Notes: a model not told the origin generated them from the sequence alone. 64,000 bases of DNA from Ichthyobacteriaceae bacterium (GCA_965226285.1 CBDDCQ010000001.1:119916-183915); one strand, 5' to 3'; positions 1-10,495 are shown, counted from the stretch's first letter. Numbers and translations are program-made.

Positions 1-2
1 AG

Positions 3-356
3 CACGATTGGAAACCATATCAAAATGCTTTTGTAAATATCCATTGTTCTTCGGACGCCATTGTTCCTCAATGGACTTTTATGCTCGTTGCTTCCTATTT
101 GAATCCGATATGTAAAAAGGTAATTAAAGGTAATCCTAAAGACTTAGAAAATATGATTTTTCAAGAAGTAATATCTTATTTGGACATTTCAAAATACAAA
201 GATAAAAAAGTAATCATAAAAGGTTGTGGACATCTTCCTATACCCGATAATGCCTATATATACATTGTAAATAAATTACAACCCGTAGTTAAATCTATCA
301 TGTATGGTGAGGCTTGTTCTGCTGTGCCTGTATATAAAAGACAGAGGTTAAAATAG
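3..356 (+). CDS. DUF2480-like protein, C-terminal part (gene starts upstream of window)
   Basis: The frame is open from the window edge (nt 3) to the stop at 354-356. The motif KGCGHLPIPDNAY...SIMYGEACSAVPVYKR recalls Bacteroidetes DUF2480 proteins. The family call is from memory only. Confidence 0.45.
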   Translation, partial: HDWKPYQNAFVNIHCSSDAIVPQWTFMLVASYLNPICKKVIKGNPKDLENMIFQEVISYLDISKYKDKKVIIKGCGHLPIPDNAYIYIVNKLQPVVKSIMYGEACSAVPVYKRQRLK

Positions 357-358
357 TA

Positions 359-1729
359 TTAAAATTTTTTTCTTAACCTAGATACAGGTATTTGTAATTG
401 TTCTCGGTATTTTGCTACAGTTCTTCTGGCAATAATGAATCTTTTTTCCTTGAGAAGTTCTACTATTTTATCATCAGATAGAGGGTGGGTTTTATCCTCC
501 TTATTTATAATTTCTAAGAGCGCATTTTTTACATGGATAGTAGATATTTCCTCTCCTTCTTTATTTACGGTGGCATCTGTAAATAAATCTTTAATTCGTA
601 CTATGCCGTAAGGAGCATCTACATATTTGTTACTCACTGCTCTAGAAACTGTAGATATATCCACTTGTATCGTTTCTGCAATAGATTTCATCGTCATAGG
701 TTTAAGTAAATTATCACTTCCAGACAAAAAATAATCATACTGCTTTTGCAGTATGGCATTCATAGTTTTATAAAGGGTTTGTTGCCTCTGTTTAATAGCC
801 TGTATGAAGAATTTAGCTGTATTTATCTTTTGCTTGATAAAACTCTCAACTTCTTTTTGCTCCCGTTTTCTGAGGTTGGTCTCTCCAAGTATATTATAGT
901 ATTCTTTTGATACTTTTAACGGTGGAATATTACCTTGATTGAGCTGAAGTTCAAGTTTTTCATTTTCTATTCGGATGATAAAGTCTGGAATAATAAGTTT
1001 ATTATTTTTTGCATGCTCAGAGAGAACACTACCCGGTTTGGGATTGAGTTTTTCTATTTTTTGTAATACTTGCGTAAGCTGTTCTTTAGTTACTATATTT
1101 TGATTTATGGGTTTATCATAATGTTTTTTGATGATGTGTTCATAGTGCTTCTTTAATACTTCTATAGTAAGTTTTACCGTAGGCGTTTGTTCTTGTCTAT
1201 AGAGTTGAAGGAGTAAGCATTCTTTTAACGAACGCGCGCCTATTCCAGCAGGGTCCATCTGATGGATAATATCTAACGCATATTCCATCTCATCTATAGA
1301 GGCATCTATGTTTTGAGTGAAAGTCATATCATCCATAATTTCATATAAATCCTTTCTAATATAACCATCACCATCTATGGTGCCTATCAAAAAATCTACT
1401 ATATTTCTTTGTTTCTCATCTAACTGAAAAGTAATAAGTTGTTCTCTCAATTTTTCTATAAAACTCTGTTCGTTAGAATAATTGAAAATTTGAGTGGTAT
1501 ATGGACTATCGTAAAAATGATGCTGAGATTGATATTTATATGATTCTTCGTTGCCCAATTCCTCGGTGTCGTCATCATCTACCGTATCTAAAGTAGGGTT
1601 CTCTTCTAATTCATTCTTAATTTCTTTTTCAAGTGCAAGGGTATCTAACTCTACTAAATTCATCAGTAGAATCTGCTGAGGAGATAATTTTTGCCCTAAT
1701 TTTAATTCTATATTTTGTTTGAGTTTCAT
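359..1729 (-). CDS. rpoN: RNA polymerase sigma-54 factor
   Basis: 456 aa. It has the region I glutamine/leucine-rich N-terminus (KLGQKLSPQQILLMNLVELDTLALEKEI), an acidic linker, and the C-terminal RpoN box ARRTVAKYREQLQIPVSRLRK. Confidence 0.95.
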   Translation of the reverse strand: MKLKQNIELKLGQKLSPQQILLMNLVELDTLALEKEIKNELEENPTLDTVDDDDTEELGNEESYKYQSQHHFYDSPYTTQIFNYSNEQSFIEKLREQLITFQLDEKQRNIVDFLIGTIDGDGYIRKDLYEIMDDMTFTQNIDASIDEMEYALDIIHQMDPAGIGARSLKECLLLQLYRQEQTPTVKLTIEVLKKHYEHIIKKHYDKPINQNIVTKEQLTQVLQKIEKLNPKPGSVLSEHAKNNKLIIPDFIIRIENEKLELQLNQGNIPPLKVSKEYYNILGETNLRKREQKEVESFIKQKINTAKFFIQAIKQRQQTLYKTMNAILQKQYDYFLSGSDNLLKPMTMKSIAETIQVDISTVSRAVSNKYVDAPYGIVRIKDLFTDATVNKEGEEISTIHVKNALLEIINKEDKTHPLSDDKIVELLKEKRFIIARRTVAKYREQLQIPVSRLRKKF

Positions 1730-2093
1730 ATTCCCAATTTTGCAACAAATTTAATGAAATTTGAACATACTCAAATTACACTAACTATTTATTTTTGCAA
1801 ATGTAATTCTCGAACAACTAATATATAGTTCATAAAGTTTTAGTCTCAAGATAATTTTAAGGTTTTCTTCTAACCCCATTTTGCGTCGATAATGATACCT
1901 CCATTCATACCATTTAAAGTGGTAACTGTTAAGTTTAGGCAACATTAAACCAGTTTTCAAAAACTTAATGTGAATTTATAAAAAATTAAATCTACTGTGA
2001 TAACTTTTATCGATTTTTAACTAAACGTTTAACGTAGTAATTTTAGGTTTGGGAATTAAAAGTATTGAACTCAAATAAAAAAATTTATTTTTC

Positions 2094-2123
2094 TTGATTC
2101 ATAATTATTTCTTTGTAAATTTG
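2094..2123 (+). promoter_or_regulatory. Candidate Bacteroidetes-type promoter for the 2254 lipoprotein gene
   Basis: TTG (2094-2096), a 19-nt spacer, then TAaaTTTG (2116-2123). This matches the -33 TTTG / -7 TAnnTTTG consensus, about 130 nt upstream of the ATG. Confidence 0.4.
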
Positions 2124-2253
2124 CACCTTTTAAAATTCTTAACAATAGAACATCGTTAGTGAATATATTTTATATATAATTTAAAATAACTTTTAAACCC
2201 TATGGTTAATATATTAGATATTGAAAATTTAACTTTAAAAAATAAATACTAAA

Positions 2254-5200
2254 ATGAGACAAGTTATGAAACCCATCAGATATTTTGTTAGTTTATTATT
2301 ATTGACAGCATTGATTACGTCAATGATTTATTGCAGTAAAGAAGAATCGAAACCCGATGATAAACCCACCCCTGCCCCTGCTCCTTCTCTTACTTATGCG
2401 GAGCAAACCATTGTTTTTTCTAGTGTTACAGGAGTCACTAAAACCTTGGCGGTTGCTAAGATACTGGCAGGCGTTAAAGGCTCAAAAGAGGGCTATACGA
2501 TAAAGTCTATTACGTTGGTGAGTAGTAATACAACGGCTTCAGCAAAGGTTTCAGGCACTCAATTAACCTTTAGCAAACCAGGGAACATCGTTTTTAATCT
2601 TGTTTTAAAACACGCGAGCAAGCAAGATGCTACCATTAAAAATTGTAAAATCATCATTAGTAAGGACGCAGCCGCTACTTTGACTTTTAACAGGGTGTCT
2701 AAGGCTTTTGTCAGCGGTGGTAGTTTTACCACATTGGAGATATTAGGGGGTGTAGCAGGAACGAAGTCGGGTTATACCCTCAAAGAGATAAAAGCGTTAG
2801 CACCGTCAGGCGTTGCAAACGTAACAGGCACCAAGCCTACTTTGTCATTAACCATGACCAAGATAGGTAGTTTTACGGCTACCATCGTTTTGGAACATTC
2901 CACGAAAGGTGATGTTACCATTACAGGTGCGCAGTTTAAGATTAGTACTTCTGCTGGGGAGTCTTTGACTTTTGACAAACTTAGCGAAGTTTATAGTAGT
3001 GTTGGTCTCTTTACCACAGAAGAGATTTTAGGAAGGATAGGAGGTAAAAAGGCTGGATATACTCTGAGAGAGATTAGGTCTTTAAACCCAATAGGTATTG
3101 CAAGCGTAACAGGTACGAAACCAAATTTGTATTTAAGCTATGTTAAGGCGGGTAATTTTACGGCTACTTTGGTATTAGAGCACGCTACCAAAGGCGATTC
3201 AACGATAGATAACGCATCCTTTGAGGTTACGAAGGCACCTGCTCCTCGTTTAACATGGACGAAACAAAGTAAGCCTTATGGTTCAGGTGGTGAGATAAGC
3301 AATGCAGAATTATTAGCGGGTTTGAATGGTACCAGTGCTGCCAAAACAGGCTATACCATTAAATCGGTAATCATCAGTAGTGCAAACGGTACGGGTGCAA
3401 GGGTTTCAGGCAGGGGTACTTCAGCTAAGATCGTTGGTTATACCCAGGCGGGCATCTTGACCTTGACGCTTGTATTTCAGCACCCCGCCAAAATGGATGT
3501 TACCCTTGCGGGCAAGAAGTTTGAGATTACAAAGGCAGATGCCTCTACTTTAACATGGAAGAAACAAAGTAAGGCTTATGTTTCAGGTGGTGAGATAAGC
3601 AATGCAGAATTATTAGCGGGTCTTACGGGTAGTAGTGCTGCCAAAACGGGCTATACCATTAAATCAGTAACCATCAGTAGTGCAAACGGCACAGGTGCAA
3701 GGGTTTCAGGTAATGGTACTTCGGCTAAGATCGTCGGTTATACCAAGGTGGGCATCTTGACCTTGACGCTTGTATTTCAGCACCCTGCCAAAGTGGATGT
3801 TACCCTTAGAGGCAAGGAGTTTGAGATTACGAAGGCAGTAGCAGAGCGTTTAACTTGGACAAAACAAACGAAGGTTTACAGCAGTAGCGGAGAAATTACC
3901 AATGCGCAGCTGTTATTAGGGGTACAGGGAAGTAAAACAGGTTACACCATTAAAACCGTTACCATTGCCAGTGCAGGCGGTACGGGTGCTACCGTTTCAG
4001 GAAGCGGTACTTCAGCTAAGATCATTGGTTATACCAAGGCGGGTAGTTTGACCTTAACGATTGTTTTAGAACACGCCACCAAAGCGGATGTTACCCTTAC
4101 AGGCCTGGCGTTTGAGATTACAAAGGCAAGAGCAGAAAGTTTAACCTTTAGCAAGCGTGTCAAGTCTTTTAGGGTTGGTAGTAGTTTTAGCACTTCGGAG
4201 ATACTAGCAGGGGTAGCAGGTACTAAAACGGGCTATACCCTCAAAGAGATAAAAAATCTAAGTCCCTCAGGCTTTGCTCGCGTTAACGGTACAAAACCCA
4301 ACCTTAGTTTGGGGATGATCAGGGTAGGTAACTTTACGGCTACGATTATATTGGAACACCCCAACAAAGCAGATGCCACGATAACTGGTACGACTTTTGA
4401 GATTAATAAAGGTACTTGGGACAAGGTTTTTGGGGGAAGTCGTAGTGATGTAGGCACTTCTATTGTGCAAACGTCTGACGGGGGCCTTGCCGTAACGGGA
4501 AGTACAGAAAGTAAAGGTGCAGGGGGTGATGATTTCTGGTTACTCAAATTAGATGCTTCTTTGGGTACTATTGTTTGGGAAAAGACCTTTGGGGAGAAGT
4601 ACAATGAGAAAAACCCTTCCCTTGTGCAGACGTCTGACGGGGGGGTTGCCGTAGCGGGACATAAACAAGATGATAAATCGTATTACGATTACTATATACT
4701 CAAGCTAAGTGCTTTGGGTACTATTGTTTGGGAAAAGACCTTTGGGGGGAGTAAGAACGAAAAAAACACTTCCGTGATTCAGACTTCTGACGGGGGCTTT
4801 GCCTTAGGGGGTACACGATTACAAAGTGCAGGAGGGGATTATGATGGATGGGTACTCAAGTTAGACGCTTCGGGTAGTATAGTTTGGAACAAGACCTTTG
4901 GGGGGAATAAGAGTGATAAAGTCCAATCCATCGTGCAAACGTCTGACGGGGGCTTTGCCGTAGCAGGATATAAAGCGAGCAACTCAAGGGGTAGTTATGA
5001 TGCTTGGGTATTCAAGTTAAACGCTTCAGGTAATAAGACTTGGGAAAAGACCTTTGGGGGGAGTAATGTCGATACAGCCGTTTCCATCATACAGACGTCT
5101 GACGGGGGCTTTGCCGTAACGGGACAGACAAATAGCGAAGGTAAAGGGAGTGCTGATATGTGGATACTCAAGTTAGATGCTTCGGGTACTATGGTTTGGA

Positions 5201-5508
5201 AAAAGGTCTTTGGGTGGCATGGTTATGATATAGGCCATTCCATCGTGCAAACGTCTGACGGGGGCTTTGCCGTAGCAGGATATACAGAGAGCAAAGGTTC
5301 AGGGGAGAGTGATTTCTGGGTACTCAAGTTAGATGCTTTGGGTACCATGGTTTGGGAAAAGTTCTTTGGGGGGAATGACTTTGATGTAGCTGAATCCATA
5401 GTGCAAACGTCTGACGGGGGCTTTGCCGTAGTAGGATATACAAATAGCAAAGGTTTAGGGGAGAGTGATATCTGGGTACTCAAGTTGGATAAGCATGGGA
5501 ATCTTTAA
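2254..5508 (+). CDS. Large modular surface lipoprotein (seven ~100-aa beta-sandwich-like modules plus a seven-blade propeller-like repeat domain)
   Basis: 1084 aa. The signal peptide has a lipobox (LITSMIYC/SKEE), and ATG 2266 is an alternative start. Seven tandem modules begin ..LT(F/W)..(Q/V)(S/T)K and contain GYT(I/L)K, followed by seven repeats of IVQTSDGGFAV.GYT.S.G.G..D.W.LKLD..G...W.KTFGG. Confidence 0.85.
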   Translation: MRQVMKPIRYFVSLLLLTALITSMIYCSKEESKPDDKPTPAPAPSLTYAEQTIVFSSVTGVTKTLAVAKILAGVKGSKEGYTIKSITLVSSNTTASAKVSGTQLTFSKPGNIVFNLVLKHASKQDATIKNCKIIISKDAAATLTFNRVSKAFVSGGSFTTLEILGGVAGTKSGYTLKEIKALAPSGVANVTGTKPTLSLTMTKIGSFTATIVLEHSTKGDVTITGAQFKISTSAGESLTFDKLSEVYSSVGLFTTEEILGRIGGKKAGYTLREIRSLNPIGIASVTGTKPNLYLSYVKAGNFTATLVLEHATKGDSTIDNASFEVTKAPAPRLTWTKQSKPYGSGGEISNAELLAGLNGTSAAKTGYTIKSVIISSANGTGARVSGRGTSAKIVGYTQAGILTLTLVFQHPAKMDVTLAGKKFEITKADASTLTWKKQSKAYVSGGEISNAELLAGLTGSSAAKTGYTIKSVTISSANGTGARVSGNGTSAKIVGYTKVGILTLTLVFQHPAKVDVTLRGKEFEITKAVAERLTWTKQTKVYSSSGEITNAQLLLGVQGSKTGYTIKTVTIASAGGTGATVSGSGTSAKIIGYTKAGSLTLTIVLEHATKADVTLTGLAFEITKARAESLTFSKRVKSFRVGSSFSTSEILAGVAGTKTGYTLKEIKNLSPSGFARVNGTKPNLSLGMIRVGNFTATIILEHPNKADATITGTTFEINKGTWDKVFGGSRSDVGTSIVQTSDGGLAVTGSTESKGAGGDDFWLLKLDASLGTIVWEKTFGEKYNEKNPSLVQTSDGGVAVAGHKQDDKSYYDYYILKLSALGTIVWEKTFGGSKNEKNTSVIQTSDGGFALGGTRLQSAGGDYDGWVLKLDASGSIVWNKTFGGNKSDKVQSIVQTSDGGFAVAGYKASNSRGSYDAWVFKLNASGNKTWEKTFGGSNVDTAVSIIQTSDGGFAVTGQTNSEGKGSADMWILKLDASGTMVWKKVFGWHGYDIGHSIVQTSDGGFAVAGYTESKGSGESDFWVLKLDALGTMVWEKFFGGNDFDVAESIVQTSDGGFAVVGYTNSKGLGESDIWVLKLDKHGNL
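3244..3843 (+). repeat. Two adjacent ~300-bp near-identical coding modules inside the lipoprotein gene
   Basis: 3244-3543 and 3544-3843 encode RLTWTKQSKPYGSGGEISNAELLAGLNGTSAAKTGYTIKSV... and TLTWKKQSKAYVSGGEISNAELLAGLTGSSAAKTGYTIKSV.... They are about 90 percent identical by eye. Confidence 0.85.
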
Positions 5509-6029
5509 TCATGGATAATGGTTTGTTTTTTAATTGCACTACAGGTTAAGATACATATTCAAAGAAATACAGGACAAATTCACATACCCTAAGACGTCAT
5601 TAAATTAAAGTTGTTTTTATTATTAAATTATATCGACCTATTAAATCCTCTAAGAAAACTTTATTATAACCTACTTAAATATTTAAGATAAACCACTACA
5701 TTTGTAAACACCTAATGTGGTGCAAAGCAACTGCTATAATTATCTAAAAAATTGGACATTTTGTTTTGACGATTATAGTTTCTTTTAATTTCCCAAATAC
5801 TGATACCTTGAAAATCGAAAAGAGTTAATACTTCCTTATGCTCTGTAGCATATTTTGATGTAACTGTGACTCTTTTAGTTTGTCCATAAAGCTAATATAC
5901 AAGTAAAAAATATGACTGTTGATAATATTCCTTTTATAATTTCAATGCTATTAAAAGTTATTCCAGATATAATTATACAATTTTTATTTGGTATTTTTGC
6001 GCAAAATACTTAATTCTTATTTATTAAAA

Positions 6030-7679
6030 ATGCTAGCATCTCTATCGGTAAAAAATTATGCTCTAATAGAAAGTTTAAATGTAGATTTTAAAAACGGTTT
6101 TTCAATTATTACGGGAGAAACAGGAGCAGGAAAATCTATCTTACTTGGAGCATTGGGACTGGCTTTAGGCAATAGAGCAGACCATAGGTCCCTCAAAAAC
6201 AAAGAAGAAAAATGCGTAATAGAAGTTCAATTTGACATAGAAAAATACAATCTATCAGCTTTTTTTGAGCAAGAAGATATAGATATAGAACATAAAACTA
6301 TTATCCGCAGAGAAATTTTACCATCTGGCAAATCTAGGGCATTTGTAAATGATACTCCTACAAGCTTAAATACACTCAAAAAACTTAGTAGTTATCTAAT
6401 AGACTTACATTCTCAACATCAAAATTTACAAGTATCTGATAGGGAATTTCAAATGTATTTTATAGATGCTATTGCAAGAAATCAAGATAATTTACAAAAA
6501 TACTGCAAAAACCTAAAGCAATTAGAAAAGTTAAAAACAAAACATAAAGAATTACTCACATCTAAATCAGAGTTAGATAGTAAAAGTGAGTATCATCAAT
6601 TTTTATTAGAGGAATTAGTAAAAGCAAATTTAAAAGCAGATGAATTAGAAGTATTAGAAAGACGCTTGGATAAACTTAACCAGATAGAAGAGATCAAACA
6701 AAAATTATTCTTTTCCCATCAACTGATCGAAGATGATACAATAGGCATTACAAGCAATCTGAACAAACTTAAAAACACCTTTGAAAAATTATATTGTATT
6801 TCAGGAGAATATAGCAATTTATATAATAGAATAAGTACCTGCTATATAGAAATAGACGACATACAGAAAGAGGTACATCACCTATTAGAACACACTGAAT
6901 ATGAACCAAAAGAAATAGAACAACTCAACGATAGACTGCAACTGATATATGATTTAAAACGAAAACACTCCGTAAAAAACACACAGCAATTACTCGGCAT
7001 CCAAGAGAAACTAAACGAACAAGTACACCATAATGAGCATATAAAAGATAGCATTAAAGCCTTAGAGATACAGATAAATGACCTTACGCAAACCCTAAAC
7101 AATATATCAAAAAAACTAAGTAACAATAGAAAGAAAATAATCCCACAAATAGAGGATAAAATACACGCTTATTTGAACGATTTAGGTATGCCCGATTCTA
7201 TCATAAAAATAGAGCTTACTGATACAGATGAGTTTTCAAGTACAGGAAAAAATAAAATAAACTTCCTTCTTTCAGCAAGTAAACAGAGCACAAAAAATGA
7301 AATAGCCAAAGTAGCCTCAGGAGGAGAACTATCTAGAATAATGTTTGCTATAAAAGTAATCCTATCGTCTTACAGTCAGCTACCTACTATTATATTTGAT
7401 GAGATAGACACTGGTATATCTGGAGAAATTGCAGATAAAATGGCTAAAATGATGCGAATACTAGCCCAAACGATACAAATTATTACCATTACTCATTTAC
7501 CTCAATTAGCTTCAAAAGGAACTGTACACTATAAAGTATTTAAGCAGGTAGGTAAGCAACCCAAAACTAAGATGATACAACTATCTATAGAAGATAGAAT
7601 TTTAGAGATAGCACAAATGATAAGTGGAGAGAGTATATCAAATGCAGCAAAAGAACAAGCCAAACAGTTATTACAATAA
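6030..7679 (+). CDS. recN: DNA repair protein RecN
   Basis: Walker A GETGAGKSI, coiled-coil middle, signature SGGELSR and Walker B IIFDEIDTGISG. ATG 6030 (MLASLSVKNYALIE) is preferred over the TTG at 5988 given in the ORF track. Confidence 0.93.
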   Translation: MLASLSVKNYALIESLNVDFKNGFSIITGETGAGKSILLGALGLALGNRADHRSLKNKEEKCVIEVQFDIEKYNLSAFFEQEDIDIEHKTIIRREILPSGKSRAFVNDTPTSLNTLKKLSSYLIDLHSQHQNLQVSDREFQMYFIDAIARNQDNLQKYCKNLKQLEKLKTKHKELLTSKSELDSKSEYHQFLLEELVKANLKADELEVLERRLDKLNQIEEIKQKLFFSHQLIEDDTIGITSNLNKLKNTFEKLYCISGEYSNLYNRISTCYIEIDDIQKEVHHLLEHTEYEPKEIEQLNDRLQLIYDLKRKHSVKNTQQLLGIQEKLNEQVHHNEHIKDSIKALEIQINDLTQTLNNISKKLSNNRKKIIPQIEDKIHAYLNDLGMPDSIIKIELTDTDEFSSTGKNKINFLLSASKQSTKNEIAKVASGGELSRIMFAIKVILSSYSQLPTIIFDEIDTGISGEIADKMAKMMRILAQTIQIITITHLPQLASKGTVHYKVFKQVGKQPKTKMIQLSIEDRILEIAQMISGESISNAAKEQAKQLLQ

Positions 7680-7723
7680 ATTTCATTACCTTTGTTCAAT
7701 ATAAACATAAAACAATAAAAATT

Positions 7724-8251
7724 ATGATAATGAGAAAAATATGGGATTACAACATGAAAAAAGGACTTTTTATAGGAGGTGCCGAAATTTTTATTTCAGT
7801 TATTTTTTATGTAACTATGAAATCTTATGTTGGTAATATTTCTGGAATATTTAGTATCTTAACGTGGTTAGGATTAACTTTATTTTTTATAAATAAATAT
7901 CGTAAGCAATGTGAGGTACTTACCTTTAGGCAAGCCTTTACCCTAAGTTTTGGGATGATGTTGTGTGCAGGACTAATAAATACGTTGTATATGTACATAC
8001 TTACTAATTTTATAGAGCCTGATTATATAAAATTAGTAATAGATAATTATAAAAACCTTATATCTTCATTATACTCAAAGATAGATGGCACTATGGAGGA
8101 CATTGAAGATAAACTTAATTATGATGAGAACCTTAGAGATTATTCATTAGGTAAGTATTTAAAAGGATTAGTAATTTCTTCTATCTTTTATGCGATATTC
8201 TCTTTGGTACTAGGTCTATTATTTACTAAAAACACAAAACAAGCAAAATAA
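7724..8251 (+). CDS. Small polytopic membrane protein, DUF4199-like
   Basis: 175 aa with about 4 hydrophobic helices. Size and layout resemble Bacteroidetes DUF4199. The start may be ATG 7754 (MKKGLFIGG). Confidence 0.5.
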   Translation: MIMRKIWDYNMKKGLFIGGAEIFISVIFYVTMKSYVGNISGIFSILTWLGLTLFFINKYRKQCEVLTFRQAFTLSFGMMLCAGLINTLYMYILTNFIEPDYIKLVIDNYKNLISSLYSKIDGTMEDIEDKLNYDENLRDYSLGKYLKGLVISSIFYAIFSLVLGLLFTKNTKQAK

Positions 8252-8263
8252 AGTAGTAGCTTT

Positions 8264-10276
8264 ATGAAGTTTCCAATAATACATATCGTAATATGTTTTA
8301 TTATTGGAGTTTATCTGAATGGTCTCTTCCAGATCGATTTTATATACATATCTATTTGCTTATTTATATGCTTTGGTCTATTGTATATATTTAAGACTAT
8401 TGCTGACAAACACTATACCTTTATAGGCTATAGAAGTATCATCATAGTCATGGGCGTACTGTGCGGTATGGTATCACATCATACATATAATAGAAAACCT
8501 GCAAATCATATTAGTCATTTTTTAAATGCTAATGCAACTATAGTTTCAGGAAAAATCAAAACAGTATTAAAATCCTCAGACAAATATCACAAATATATTA
8601 TAGAAGTAGATTATATAGAAGAAGCAAAAAATGTAAATGGTCAAATTTTAGTATATATTTCTATAACAGATTATAAGAAAAAACTTTTAACTGGGGATAG
8701 AATCTATTTTTATCAAAGATGTATGCCCATACCTTCCGCTCAAAATCCTAATCAGTTCGATTATGCAAACTATATGAAAAATAAAAGGATATATCATCAA
8801 GTATTTTTAAAACAAAATTCCTTTAAAGTAGTTCAGAGTAATGATTTCTCAATATTTAGACAAATACAAATCGCAAAAAATAAAATGGTATCCAATTTGA
8901 AATCAAAAGGACTAACCAAAGATGAATTAGGCATTATGGTATCTCTAGTTATGGGAGATAAAAGCAAAGTTTCAAAGGATTTATTAGATGATTATTCTAA
9001 AGCAGGTGCTATACATATTCTGGCTGTATCAGGACTGCATGTAGGAATAGTGTATTTTATTATAAGTACGCTATTTAGTTTTTTAAGAGTAATCAAAAAT
9101 GGAAACTACATCTTATTAATAACAATGTTAATAACGATGTGGGGGTATGCTGTATTTACAGGGCTAAGTCCTTCTGTTACTAGAGCAGTGGTAATGCTTT
9201 CTTTTGTTGCTATTGGCAAACAAATCAATAGGGCTACCAATATATATAATACTTTGGCTATTTCTGCTTTTCTATTATTACTTTATAATCCAAACTATCT
9301 ATTCGATGTAGGTTTTCAGCTCAGTTATCTAGCGGTTTTTAGTATTGTATATATCCATCGTATCATTGGAAAAATATACACTCCTAAGCACAAAATAGTG
9401 AATTACTTTTGGCAACTTACGAGTGTATCTGTAGCCGTACAAATAGGAACTTTTCCTATAAGTATATATTATTTTCACCAGTTTCCTACACTATTTATGA
9501 TTACCAACTGGGTATTAGTGCCTATTATAGGTATTGTATTGTTTTCAAGTCTATTTATCTCTATATTAAGCTATCTAGATATAGGTAACATATTATTTAC
9601 AATATATGGATACGTTATTAAGTGGATGAACCTGTTTGTTAGTTGGGTAGCATCGCTAGAGGATTATATGATTAAAGATGTTTACTTTGATGTATTTATG
9701 GTAGCGTTATTGTATATATTTATCCATTTTGCTATAAAAACGCTCAAACTAAATAAAGTGAAAAGTCTTTATTTAACCGCCACAAGCATTATTTGTATAC
9801 AAGGGTATGTACTATATGATCATTACCAATCATATAGTAAAAACGAATTAATTGTCTTTCATAAAAGGGGAAGTAGTATCGTAGGCATAAAAACAGGTCA
9901 TCAATTGAAACTACTCACAAATTATACAGATTACCATTATACTATTAAGAAATATGAACTTAAAAATAACATTAAAAAAATAGTAGTACAATCTACAGAG
10001 TATATTACATCTGTGGATAACGCAAACTTTTTGATGGTAGAAGGCACGTATATTAAGCAAAATTTTATCAAAGTTCAGCCTATAGAAACCCTCCTATTAA
10101 AAAACTCTACAAATTACGACCTAAATGATTTGATACAAAAAACCAAACCCAAACTTATCATAGCAGATGGAAGTAATAGTTTTTATTCAAAACAGAAATG
10201 GAAAAAGATTTGCAGACTAAAAAACATTGAATTTTACGATACTGATAAAAATGGATTCTTCAGATTAGAATTTTGA
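8264..10276 (+). CDS. comEC: ComEC/Rec2 family DNA internalization channel protein
   Basis: 670 aa and polytopic. It has the conserved core AGAIHILAVSGLHVGIV and GLSPSVTRA. Confidence 0.88.
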   Translation: MKFPIIHIVICFIIGVYLNGLFQIDFIYISICLFICFGLLYIFKTIADKHYTFIGYRSIIIVMGVLCGMVSHHTYNRKPANHISHFLNANATIVSGKIKTVLKSSDKYHKYIIEVDYIEEAKNVNGQILVYISITDYKKKLLTGDRIYFYQRCMPIPSAQNPNQFDYANYMKNKRIYHQVFLKQNSFKVVQSNDFSIFRQIQIAKNKMVSNLKSKGLTKDELGIMVSLVMGDKSKVSKDLLDDYSKAGAIHILAVSGLHVGIVYFIISTLFSFLRVIKNGNYILLITMLITMWGYAVFTGLSPSVTRAVVMLSFVAIGKQINRATNIYNTLAISAFLLLLYNPNYLFDVGFQLSYLAVFSIVYIHRIIGKIYTPKHKIVNYFWQLTSVSVAVQIGTFPISIYYFHQFPTLFMITNWVLVPIIGIVLFSSLFISILSYLDIGNILFTIYGYVIKWMNLFVSWVASLEDYMIKDVYFDVFMVALLYIFIHFAIKTLKLNKVKSLYLTATSIICIQGYVLYDHYQSYSKNELIVFHKRGSSIVGIKTGHQLKLLTNYTDYHYTIKKYELKNNIKKIVVQSTEYITSVDNANFLMVEGTYIKQNFIKVQPIETLLLKNSTNYDLNDLIQKTKPKLIIADGSNSFYSKQKWKKICRLKNIEFYDTDKNGFFRLEF

Positions 10277-10371
10277 TAATCAAACAAATGTATCAATAGA
10301 AAAACAAAATATTTTTTATGGTTAATAACTAAAAAATATTGTAATATTGCACCGTGATTTTTCAAGAAAAT

Positions 10372-10445
10372 GGTCTTGTAGCTCAGTTGGTTAGAGTAGC
10401 TGACTCATAATCAGTTGGTCCCTGGTTCGAGTCCAGGCTGGACCA
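10372..10445 (+). tRNA. tRNA with anticodon CAT (Met by anticodon; architecture resembles lysidine-modified tRNA-Ile2)
   Basis: The cloverleaf was folded by hand: acceptor GGTCTTG/CTGGACC, anticodon arm GCTGA-CTCATAA-TCAGT with a G27-U43 wobble pair, variable loop TGGTC, and T arm CCTGG-TTCGAGT-CCAGG. Confidence 0.9.
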
Positions 10446-10451
10446 CATTAG

Positions 10452-10495
10452 AAAACCTGAAAAGTGTAATTTTTTGCATTTTTCAGGTTTTTTTA
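10452..10495 (+). terminator. Rho-independent terminator after the tRNA
   Basis: AAAACCTGAAAA pairs with TTTTCAGGTTTT, followed by a T run. Confidence 0.6.

Noticed and set aside
2772-5483. Antisense ORFs inside the 2254 lipoprotein gene (2772-2978, 4233-4604, 4267-4470, 5223-5483). Similar ORFs lie inside the LRR paralogs (51235-51726, 54295-54562, 54911-55453, 56501-57289).
   Set aside because: They are embedded antisense in long, well-supported repetitive coding regions. They recur only because the sense repeats recur.
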